A stretch of DNA of 64,000 nt from the human T2T-CHM13v2.0 reference genome, Homo sapiens. Of the stretch, positions 53,001-64,000 are shown one piece after another. The DNA lies in the NCBI RefSeq assembly GCF_009914755.1, contig NC_060926.1; one strand, 5' to 3'. Numbering within the stretch: position 1 is the stretch's first letter; every line of letters begins with the position of its first letter. The translations under genes were made by a program, and so were the position numbers. The notes under the pieces are model-generated. The model was not told where the DNA came from. It did not search any database and was given only the letters and a program-made list of their open reading frames with translations.

Positions 53001-56000
53001 TGTGATGTTTGCATTCAAGTCACAGAGTTGAACATTCCCTTTCATAGAGCAGGTTTGAAACACTCTTTTTGTAGTATCTGGATGTGGACATTTGGAGCGC
53101 TCTCAGGCCTATGGTGAAAAAGGAAATATCTTCCCCTGAAAACTAGATAGAAGCATTCTGAGAAACTTATTTGTGATGTGCGCCCTCAACTAACAGTGTT
53201 GAACTTTTCTTTTGATAGAGCAGTTTTGAAACACTCTTTTTGTAAAATCTGCAAGAGGATATTTGGATAGCTTTGAGGATTTCGTTGGAAACGGGATTGT
53301 CTTCATATAAAATCTAGACAGAAGCATTCTCAGAAGCTTCATTGGGATGTTTCAATTGAAGTCACAGTGTTGAACAGTCCCTTTCATAGAGCATGTTTGA
53401 AACAATCTTTTTGTAGTATCTGGAAGTGGACATTTGGAGCGCTCTCAGGACTACGGTGAAAAAGGAAATATCTTCCAAATAAAGCTAGATAGAAGCAATG
53501 TCAGAAAATTTTTCATGATGTATCTATTCAGCTAACAGAGTTGAACCTTTCTTTTGACAGAGCAGTTTTGAAACACTCTTTTTGTGGAATCTGCAAGTGG
53601 ATATTTGTCTAGCTTTGAGGATTTCGTTGGAAACGGGATTACATATAAAAAGCAGACAGCAGCATTCCCAGAAACTTCTTTGTGATATTTGCATTCAAGT
53701 CACAGACTTGAACATTCCCTTTCATAGAGCAGGTTTGAAACACTCTTTTTGTAGTATCTGGATGTGGACATTTGGAGCGCTTTCAGGCCTATGGTGAAAA
53801 AGGAAATATCTTCCCCTGAAAACTAGACAGAAGCATTCTGAGAAACTTATTTGTGATGTGCGCCCTCAACTAACAGTGTTGAAGCTTTCTTTTGATAGAG
53901 CAGTTTTGAAACACTCTTTTTGTAAAATCTGCAAGAGGATATTTGGATAGCTTTGAGGATTTCGTTGGAAACGGGATTGTCTTCATATACAATCTAGACA
54001 GAAGCATTCTCAGAAGCTTCATTGGGATGTTTCAATTAAAGTCACAGTGTTGAACAGTCCCTATCGTAGAGCAGGTTTGAAACACTCTTTTTGTAATATC
54101 TGGAAGTGGAGATTTGGAGCGCTCTCAGGACTACGGTGAAAAAGGAAATATCTTCCAATAAAAGCTAGATAGAAGCAATGTCAGAAACTTTTTCATGATG
54201 TATCTACTCAGCTAACAGAGTTGAACCTTTTTTTTGAGAGAGCAGTTTTGAAACACTCTTTTTGTTGGATCTGCAGGTGGATATTTGTCTAGCTTTGAGG
54301 ATTTCGTTGGAAACGGGATTACATATAAAAAGCAGACAGCAGCATTCCCAGAAACTTCTTTGTGATATTTGCATTCAAGTCACAGACTTGAACATTCCCT
54401 TTCATAGAGCAGGTTTGAAACACTCTTTTTGTAGTATCTGGATGTGGACATTTGGAGCGCTTTCAGGCCTATGGTGAAAAAGGAAATATCTTCCCCTGAA
54501 AACTAGACAGAAGCATTCTCAGAAACTTATTTGTGATGTGCGCCCTCAACTAACAGTGTTGAAGCTTTCTTTTGATAGAGCAGTTTTGAAACACTCTTTT
54601 TGTAAAATCTGCAAGAGGATATTTGGATAGCTTTGAGGATTTCATTGGGAACGGGATTGTCTTCATATACAATCTAGACAGAAGCATTCTCAGAAGCTTC
54701 ATTGGGATGTTTCAATTGAAGTCACAGTGTTGAACAGTCCCTTTCGTAGAGCAGGTTTGAAACACTCTTTTTGTAATATCTGGAAGTGGACATTTGGAGC
54801 GTTCTCAGGACTATGGTGAAAAAGGAAATATCTTCCAATAAAAGCTAGATAGAAGCAATGTCAGAAACTTTTTCATGATGTATCTACTCAGCTAACAGAG
54901 TTGAACCTTTCTTTTGAGAGAGCCGTTTTGAAACACTCTTTTTGTGGAATCTGCAAGTGGATATTTGTCTAGCTTTGAGGATTTCGTTGGAAACGGGATT
55001 ACATATAAAAAGCAGACAGCAGCATTCCCAGAAACTTCTTTGTGATGTTTGCATTCAAGTCACAGAGTTGAACATTCCCTTTCATAGAGCAGGTTTGAAA
55101 CACTCTTTTTGTAGTATCTGGATGTGGACATTTGAAGCGCTTTCAGGCCTATGGTGAAAAAGGAAATATCTTCCCCTGAAAACTAGACAGAAGCATTCTC
55201 AGAAACTTATTTGTGATGTGCGCCCTCAACTAACAGTGTTAAACCTTTCTTTTGATAGAGTAGTTTTGAAACACTCTTTGTAAAATCTGCAAGAGGATAT
55301 TTTGATAGCTTTGAGGAATTCTTTGGAAACGGATTGTCTTCATATAAAATCTAGACAAAAGCATTCTCAGAAGCTTCATTGGGATGTTTCAATTGAAGTC
55401 ACAGTGTTGAACAGTCCCTTTCATAGAGCATGTTTGAAACAATCTTTTTGTAGTATCTGGAAGTGGACATTTGGAGCGTTCTCAGGACGACAGTGAAAAA
55501 GGAAATATCTTCCAATAAAAGCTAGATAGAAGAAATGTCAGAAAATTTTTCATGATGTATCTACTCAGCTAACAGAGTTGAACCTTTCTTTGGAGAGAGT
55601 AGTTTTGAAACACTCTTTTTGTGGAATCTGCAAGTGGATATTTGTCTAGTTTTGAGGATTGCGTTGGAAACGGTATTACATATAAAAAGCAGACAGCAGC
55701 ATTCCCAGAAACTTCTTTGTGATATTTGCATTGAAGTCACAGACTTGAACATTCCGTTTCATAGAGCAGGTTTGAAACACTCTTTTTGTAGTATCTGGAT
55801 GTGGACATTTGGAGCGCTTTCAGGCCTATGGTGAAAAAGGAAATATCTTCCCCTGAAAACTAGACAGAAGCATTCTCAGAAACTTATTTGTCATGTGCGC
55901 CCTCAACTAACAGTGTTGAACCTTTCTTTTGATAGAGCAGTTTTGATACACTCTTTTTGTAAAATCCGCAAGAGGATATTTGGATAGCTTTGAGGATTAC

Positions 56001-59000
56001 GTTGGAAACGGGATTGTCTTCATATAGAATCTAGACAGAATCATTCTCAGAAGCTTCATTGGGATGTTTCAATTGAAGTCACAGTGTTGAACAGTCCCTT
56101 TCATAGAGCAGATTTGAAACACTCTTTTTGTAGTATCTGGAAGTGGACATTTGGAGCGCTCTCAGGACTACAGTGAAAAAGGAAATATCTTCCAATAAAA
56201 GCTAGATAGAAGCAATGTCAGAAAATTTTTCATGATGTATCTACTCAGCTAACAGGGTTGAACCTTTCTTTTGAGAGAGCAGTTTTGAAACACTCTTTTT
56301 GTGGAATCTGCAAGTGGATATTTGTCTAGCTTTGAGGATTGCGTTGGAAACGGGATTACATATAAAAAGCAGACAGCAGCATTCCCAGAAACTTCTTTGT
56401 GATATTTGCATTGAAGTCACAGACTTGAACATTCCCTTCCATAGAGCAGGTTTGAAACACTCTTTTTGTAGTATCTGGATGTGGACATTTGGAGCGCTTT
56501 CAGGCCTATGGTGAAAAAGGAAATATCTTCCCCTGAAAACTAGACAGAAGCATTCTCAGAATCTTATTTGTGATGTGCGCCCTCAACTAACAGTGTTGAA
56601 GCTTTCTTTTGATAGAGCAGTTTTGAAACACTCTTTTTGTAAAATCTGCAAGAGGATATTTGGATAGCTTTGAGGATTTCGTTGGAAACGGGATTGTCTT
56701 CATATAAAATCTAGACAGAAGCATTCTCAGAAGCTTCATTGGGATGTTTCAATTGAAGTCACAGTGTTGAACAGTCCCTTTCATAGAGCAGGTTTGAAAC
56801 ACTCTTTTTGTAGTATCTGGAAGTGGACATTTGGAGCGCTCTTAGGACTACGGTGAAAAAGGAAATATCTTCCAATAAAAGCTAGATAGAAGCAATGTCA
56901 GAAACTTTTTCATGATGTATCTACTCAGCTAACAGAGTTGAACCTTTTTTTTGAGAGAGTAGTTTTGAAACACTCTTTTTGTTCGATCTGCAGGTGGATA
57001 TTTGTCTAGGTTTGAGGATTTCGTTGGAAACGGGATTACATATAAAAAACAGAGAGCAGCATTCCCAGAAACTTCTTTGTGATGTTTGCATTCAAGTCAC
57101 AGAGTTGAACATTCCCTTTCATAGAGCAGGTTTGAAACACTCTTTTTGTAGTATCTGGATGTGGACATTTGGAGCGCTCTCAGGCCTATGGTGAAATAGG
57201 AAATATCTTCCCCTGCAAACTAGACAGAAGCATTCTCAGAAACTTATTTGTGATGTGCGCCCTCAACTAACAATGTTGAACCTTTCTGTTGATAGAGTAG
57301 TTTTGAAACACTCTTTTTGTAAAATCTGCAAGAGGATATTTGGATAGCTTTGAGGATTTCGTTTGAAACGGGATTGTCTTCATATTAACCCTAGACAGTA
57401 GCATTCTCAGAAGGTTCATTGGGATGTTTCAATTGAAGTCACAGTGTTGAACAGTCACTTTCATAGAGCAGGTTTGAAACACTCTTTTTGTAGCATCTGG
57501 AAGTGGACATTTGGAGCGCTCTCAGGACTACGGTGAAAAAGGAAATATCTTCCAATAAAAGCTAGATAGAAGCAATGTCAGAAACTTTTTCATGATGTAT
57601 CTACTCAGCTAAAAGAGTTGAAACTTTCTTTTGTGAGAGCAGTTTTGAAACACTATTTTTGTGGAATCTGCAAGTGGATATTTGTCTAGGTTTGAGGATT
57701 TCGTTGGAAACGAGATTACATATAAAAACAGACAGCAGCATTCCCAGAAACTTCTTTGTGAAATTTGCATTCAAGTCACAGACTTGAACATTCCCTTTCA
57801 TAGAGCAGGTTTGAAACACTCTTTTTGTAGTATCTGGATGTGGACATTTGGAGCGCTTTCAGGCCTATGGTGAAAAAGGAAATATCTTCCCCTGAAAACT
57901 ATACAGAAGCATTCTCAGAAACTTATTTGTGATGTGCGCCCTCAACTAACAGTGTTGAACCTTTCTTTTGATAGAGCAGTTTTGAAACACTCTTTTTGTA
58001 AAATCTGCAAGAGGATATTTGGATAGCTTTGAGGATTTCGTTGGAAACGGGATTGTCTTCATATAGAATCTAGACAGAAGCATTCTCAGAAGCTTCATTC
58101 GGATGTTTCAATTGAAGTCACAGTGTTGAACAGTCCCTTTCATAGAGCATGTTTGAAACACTCTTTTTGTAGTATCTGGAAGTGGACATTTGGAGCGTTC
58201 TCAGGACTACAGTGAAAAAGGAAATATCTTCCAATAAAAGCTAGATAGAAGCAATGTCAGAAAATTTTTCATGATGTATCTACTCAGCTAACAGAGTTGA
58301 ACCTTTCTTTGGAGAGAGTAGTTTTGAAACACTCTTTTTGTGGAATCTGCAAGTGGATATTTGTCTAGTTTTGAGGATTGCGTTGGAAACGGTATTACAT
58401 ATAAAAAGCAGACAGCAGCATTCCCAGAAACTTCTTTGTGATATTTGCATTGAAGTCACAGACTTGAACATTCCGTTTCATAGAGCAGGTTTGAAACACT
58501 CTTTTTGTAGTATCTGGATGTGGACATTTGGAGCGCTTTCAGGCCTATGGTGAAAAAGGAAATATCTTCCTCTGAAAACTAGACAGAAGCATTCTCAGAA
58601 ACTTATTTGTCATGTGCGCCCTCAACTAACAGTGTTGAACCTTTCTTTTGATAGAGCAGTTTTGATACACTCTTTTTGTAAAATCCGCAAGAGGATATTT
58701 GGATAGCTTTGAGGATTTCGTTGGAAACGGGATTGTCTTCATATAGAATCTAGACAGAATCATTCTCAGAAGCTTCATTGGGATGTTTCAATTGAAGTCA
58801 CAGTGTTGAACAGTCCCTTTCATAGAGCAGATTTGAAACACTCTTTTTGTAGTATCTGGAAGTGGACATTTGGAGCGCTCTCAGGACTACGGTGAAAAAG
58901 GAAATATCTTCCAAATAAAGCTAGATAGAAGCAACGTCAGAAAATTTCTCATGATGTATCTATTCAGCTAACAGAGTTGAACCTTTCTTTTGACAGAGCA

Positions 59001-62000
59001 GTTTTGAAACACTCTTTTTGTGGAATCTGCAAGTGGATATTTGTCTAGCTTTGAGGATTTCGTTGGAAACGGGATTATATAAAAAGCAGACAGCAGCATT
59101 CCCAGAAACTTCTTTGTGATATTTGCATTCAAGTCACAGACTTGAACATTCCCTTTCATAGAGCAGGTTTGAAACACTCTTTTTGTAGTATCTGGATGTG
59201 GACATTTGGAGCGCTTTCAGGCCTATGGTGAAAAAGGAAATATCTTCCCCTGAAAACTAGACAGAAACATTCTCAGAAACTTATTTGTGATGTGCGCCCT
59301 CAACTAACAGTGTTGAAGCTTTCTTTTGATAGAGCAGTTTTGAAACACTCTTTTTGTAAAATCTGCAAGAGGATATTTGGATAGCTTTGAGGATTTCGTT
59401 GGAAACGGGATTGTCTTCATATACAATCTAGACAGAAGCATTCTCAGAAGCTTCATTGGGATGTTTCAATTGAAGTCACAGTGTTGAACAGTCCCTTTCG
59501 TAGAGCAGGTTTGAAACACTCTTTTTGTAATATCTGGAAGTGGACATTTGGAGCGTTCTCAGGACTATGATGAAAAAGGAAATATCTTCCAATAAAAGCT
59601 AGATAGAAGCAATGTCAGAAACTTTTTCATGATGTATCTACTCAGCTAACAGAGTTGAACCTTTCTTTTGAGAGAGCCGTTTTGAAACACTCTTTTTGTG
59701 GAATCTGCAAGTGGATATTTGTCTAGATTTGAGGATTTCGTTGGAAACGGGATTACATATAAAAAGCAGACAGCAGCATTCCCAGAAACTTCTTTGTGAT
59801 GTTTGCATTCAAGTCACAGAGTTGAACATTCCCTTTCATAGAGCAGGTTTGAAACACTCTTTTTGTAGTATCTGGATGTGGACATTTGGAGCGCTTTCAG
59901 GCCTATGGTGAAAAAGGAAATATCTTCCCCTGAAAACTAGACAGAAGCATTCTCAGAAACTTCTTTCTGATGTGCGCCCTCAACTAACAGTGTTAAACCT
60001 TTCTTTTGATAGAGTAGTTTTGAAACACTCTTTGTAAAATCTGCAAGAGGATATTTTGATAGCTTTGAGGATTTCTTTGGAAACGGGATTGTCTTCATAT
60101 AAAATCTAGACAGAAGCATTCTCAGAAGCTTCATTGGGATGTTTCAATTGAAGTCACAGTGTTGAACAGTCCCTTTCATAGAGCAGGTTTGAAACACTCT
60201 TTTTGTAGTATCTGGAAGTGGACATTTGGAGCGCTCTCAGGACTACGGTGAAAAAGGAAATATCTTCCAATAAAAGCTAGATAGAAGCAATGTCAGAAAC
60301 TTTTTCATGATGTATCTACTCAGCTAACAGAGTTGAACCTTTCTTTTGAGAGAGCAGTTTTGAAACACTCTTTTTTTGGAATCTGCAAGTGGATATTTGT
60401 CTAGCTTTGAGGATTTCGTTGGAAACGGGATTACATATAAAAAGCAGACAGCAGCATTCCCAGAAACTTCTTTGTGATGTTTGCATTCAAGTCACCGAGT
60501 TGAACATTCCCTTTCATAGAGCAGGTTTGAAACACTCTTTTTGTAGTATCTGGATGTGGACATTTGGAGCGCTTTCAGGTCTATGGTGAAAAAGGAAATA
60601 TCTTCCACTGAAAACTAGACAGAAGTAGTCTCAGAAACTTATTTGTGATGTGCGCCCTCAACTAACAGTGTTGAAGCTTTCTTTTGATAGAGCAGTTTTG
60701 AAACATTCTTTTTGTAAAATCTGCAAGAGGATATTTGGATAGCTTTGAGGATTTCGTTGGAAAAGGGATTGTCTTCATATTAACCCTAGACAGTAGCATT
60801 CTCAGAAGCTTCATTGGGATGTTTCAATTGAAGTCACAGTGTTGAACAGTCCCTTTCATAGAGCAGGTTTGAAAAACTCTTTTTGTAGCATCTGGAAGTG
60901 GACATTTGGAGCGTTCTCAGGACTACGGTGAAAAAGGAAATATCTTCCAATAAAAGCTAGATAGAAGCAATGTCAGAAACTTTTTCATGATGTATCTACT
61001 CACCTAAAAGAGTTGAAACTTTCTTTTGAGAGAGCAGTTTTGAAACACTATTTTTGTGGAATCTGCAAGTGGATATTTGTCTAGCTTTGAGGATTTCGTT
61101 GGAAACGGGATTACATATAAAAAGCAGACAGCAGCATTCCCAGAAACTTCTTTGTGAAATTTGCATTCAAGTCACAGACTTGAACATTCCCTTTCATAGA
61201 GCAGGTTTGAAACAGTCTTTTTGTAGTATCTGGATGTGGACATTTGGAGCGCTTTCAGGCCTATGGTGAAAAAGGAAATATCTTCCCCTGTAAACTAGAC
61301 AGAAGCATTCTCAGAAACTTATTTGAGATGTGCGCCCTCAACTAACAGTGTTGAACCTTTCTTTTGATAGAGCAGTTTTGAAACACTCTTTTGTAAAATC
61401 TGCAAGAGGATATTTGGATAGCTTTGAGGATTTCGTTGGAAACGGGATTGTCTTCATATAGAATCTAGACAGAAGCATTCTCAGAAGCTTCATTGGGATG
61501 TTTCAATTGAAGTCACAGTGTTGAACAGTCCCTTTCATAGAGCAGGTTTGAAACACTCTTTTTGTAGTATCTGGAAGTGGACATTTGGAGCGTTCTCAGG
61601 ACTACAGTGAAAAAGGAAATATCTTCCAATAAAAGCTAGATAGAAGCAATGTCAGAAAATTTTTCATGATGTATCTACTCAGCTAACAGAGTTGAACCTT
61701 TCTTTTGAGAGAGCAGGTTGGAAACACTCTTTTTGTGGAATCTGCAAGTGGATATTTGTCTAGCTTTGAGGATTGAGTTTGAAACGGGGTTACATATAAA
61801 AAGCAGACAGCAGCATTCCCAGAAAGTTCTTTGTGAAATTTGCATTCAAGTCACGGACTTGAACATTCCCTTTCATAGAGCAGGTTTGAAACACTCTTTT
61901 TGTAGTATCTGGATGTGGACATTTGGAGCGCTTTCAGGCCTATGATGAAAAAGGAAATATCTTCCCCTGAAAACTAGGCAGAAGCATTCTCAGAAACTTA

Positions 62001-64000
62001 TTTGTGATGTGCGCCCTCAACTAACAGTGTTGAACCTTTCTTTTGATAGAGCAGTTTTGAAACACTCTTTTTGTAAAATCTACAAGAGGATATTTGGATA
62101 GCTTTGAGGATTTCGTTGGAAACGGGATTGTCTTCATATAAACTCTAGACAGTAGCATTCTCAGAAGCTTCATTGGGATGTTTCAATTGAAGTCACAGTG
62201 TTGAACAGTCCCTTTCATAGAGCAGGTTTGAAACACTCTTTTTGTAGTATCTGGAAGTGGATATTTGAAGAGTTCTCAGGAACACGGTGAAAAAGGAAAT
62301 ATCTTCCAATAAAAGCTAGATAGAAGCAATGTCAGAAAATTGTTCATGATGTATCTATTCAGCTAACAGAGTTGAACTTTTCTTTTGAGAGAGCAGTTTT
62401 GAAACACTCTTTTTGTGGAATCTGCAAGTGGATATTTGTCTAGCTTTGAGGATTTCGTTGGAAACGGGATTACATATAAAAAGCAGACAGCAGCATTCCC
62501 AGAAACTTCTTTGTGATGTTTGCATTCAAGTCACAGAGTTGAACATTCCCTTTCATAGAGCAGGTTTGAAACACTCTTTTTGTAGTATCAGGATTTGGAC
62601 ATTTGGAGCCCTGTCAGGCCTATGGTGAAAAAGGAAATATCTTCCACTGAAAACTAGACAGAAGTATTCTCAGAAACTTATTTGTGATGTGCGCCCTCAA
62701 CTAACAGTGTTGAAGCTTTCTTTTGATAGAGCAGTTTTGAAACATTCTTTTTGTAAAATCTGCAAGAGGATATTTGGATAGCTTTGAGGATTTCGTTGGA
62801 AACGGGATTGTCTTCATATTAACCCTAGACAGTAGCATTCTCAGAAGCTTCATTGGGATGTTTCAATTGAAGTCACAGTGTTGAACATTCCCTTTCATAG
62901 AGCAGGTTTGAAACACTCTTTTTGTAGTATCTGGAAGTGGACATTTGGAGCGTTCTCAGGACTACGGTGCAAAAGGAAATATCTTCCAATAAAAGCTAGA
63001 TAGAAGCAATATCAGAAACTTTTTCATGATGTATCTACTCAGCTAACAGAGTTGAACCTTTCTTTTGCGAGAGCAGTTTTGAAACACTCTTTTTGTGGAA
63101 TCTGCAAGTGGATATTTGTCTAGCTTTGAGGATTGCGTTGGAAACGGGATTACATATAAAAAGCAGACAGCAGCATTCCCAGAAAGTTCTTTGTGAAATT
63201 TGCATTCAAGTCACGGACTTGAACATTCCCTTTCATAGAGCAGGTTTGAAACACTCTTTTTGTAGTATCTGGATGTGGACATTTGGAGCGCTTTCAGGCC
63301 TATGATGAAAAAGGAAATATCTTCCCCTGAAAACTAGGCAGAAGCATTCTCAGAAACTTATTTGTGATGTGCGCCCTGAACTAACAGTGTTGAACCTTTC
63401 TTTTGAAAGAGCAGTTTTGAAACACTCTTTTTGTAAAATCTGCAATAGGATATTTGGATAGTTTTGAGGATTTCTTTGGAAACGGGATTGTCTTCATATA
63501 GAATCTAGACAGAAGCATTCTCAGAAGCTTCATTGGGATGTTTCAATTGAAGTCACAGTGTTGAACAGTCCCTTTCATAGAGCAGGTTTGAAACACTGTT
63601 TTTGTAGTATCTGGAGGTGGACATTTGGAGCGTTCTCAGGACTACAGTGGAAAAGGAAATATCTTCCAATAAAAGCTAGATAGAAGCAATGTCAGAAAAT
63701 TTTTCATGATGTATCTACTCAGCTAACAGAGTTGAACCTTTCTTTTGAGAGAGCAGTTTTGAAACACAATTTTTGTGGAATCTGCAAGTGGATATTTGTC
63801 TAGGTTTGAGGATTGCGTTTGAAACGGGATTATATATAAAAAGCAGACAGCAGCATTCCCAGAAACTTCTTGGTGATATTTGCATTCAAGTCACAGACTT
63901 GAACATTCCCTTTCATAGAGCAGGTTTGAAACACTCTTTTTGTAGTATCTGGATGTGGACATTTGGAGCACTTTCAGGCCTATGGTGAAAAAGGAAATAT

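Larger units (their letters stand above)
8210..64000 (+). repeat. Alpha satellite 4-mer HOR array (about 82 units, 677-680 bp), likely chr2 D2Z1, SF2
   Basis: Continuous 680-bp period with small indels and a TCTAGA site in most units. The dimeric CENP-B box+/box- organisation is typical of SF2. The D2Z1 call rests on the recalled 680-bp 4-mer size. Confidence 0.9.

Noticed and set aside
16598-60134. Scattered 63-79 aa minus-strand ORFs
   Set aside because: They are antisense satellite translations created by single SNVs. I saw no inversion of the array.
34-63988. Dozens of ~71-aa ORFs (MWNLQVDICLALRISLETG...) resembling a tandem gene family
   Set aside because: They are chance open frames in alpha satellite. 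They start at TTG/GTG rather than ATG, recur at the HOR period and are freely broken by stops and frameshifts. They are useful only as SNV markers.
1-64000. CRISPR-like or prokaryotic repeat system
   Set aside because: There are no unique spacers or cas-like genes. The repeats are contiguous alphoid monomers, and the L1Hs-Ta markers indicate human DNA.

Overview
The window is human centromeric alpha satellite: a head-to-tail array of a ~680-bp, 4-monomer higher-order repeat (HOR) with a CENP-B box in every second monomer. This best fits the suprachromosomal family 2 array D2Z1 of chromosome 2, an assignment made from recall, not a database search. It contains no genuine genes, and the recurring 71-aa ORF is a translation of the repeat. 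The only non-satellite DNA is a 5'-truncated, minus-strand L1Hs-Ta (Ta-0-type) insertion carrying an 85-bp 3' transduction between two poly(A) tracts. It is present twice (1225-2001 and 7447-8209) because the insertion was later copied by a multi-HOR tandem duplication. The rest of the array records nested multi-HOR duplications (an apparently identical 7,477-bp pair, older 8.8-kb, 10.9-kb and 24.1-kb offsets, and short 2-4 HOR periods), one 2-mer HOR variant and clusters of mutated CENP-B boxes. I see no evidence of a new gene system. The most interesting element is the transduction-tagged L1 amplified by satellite turnover.
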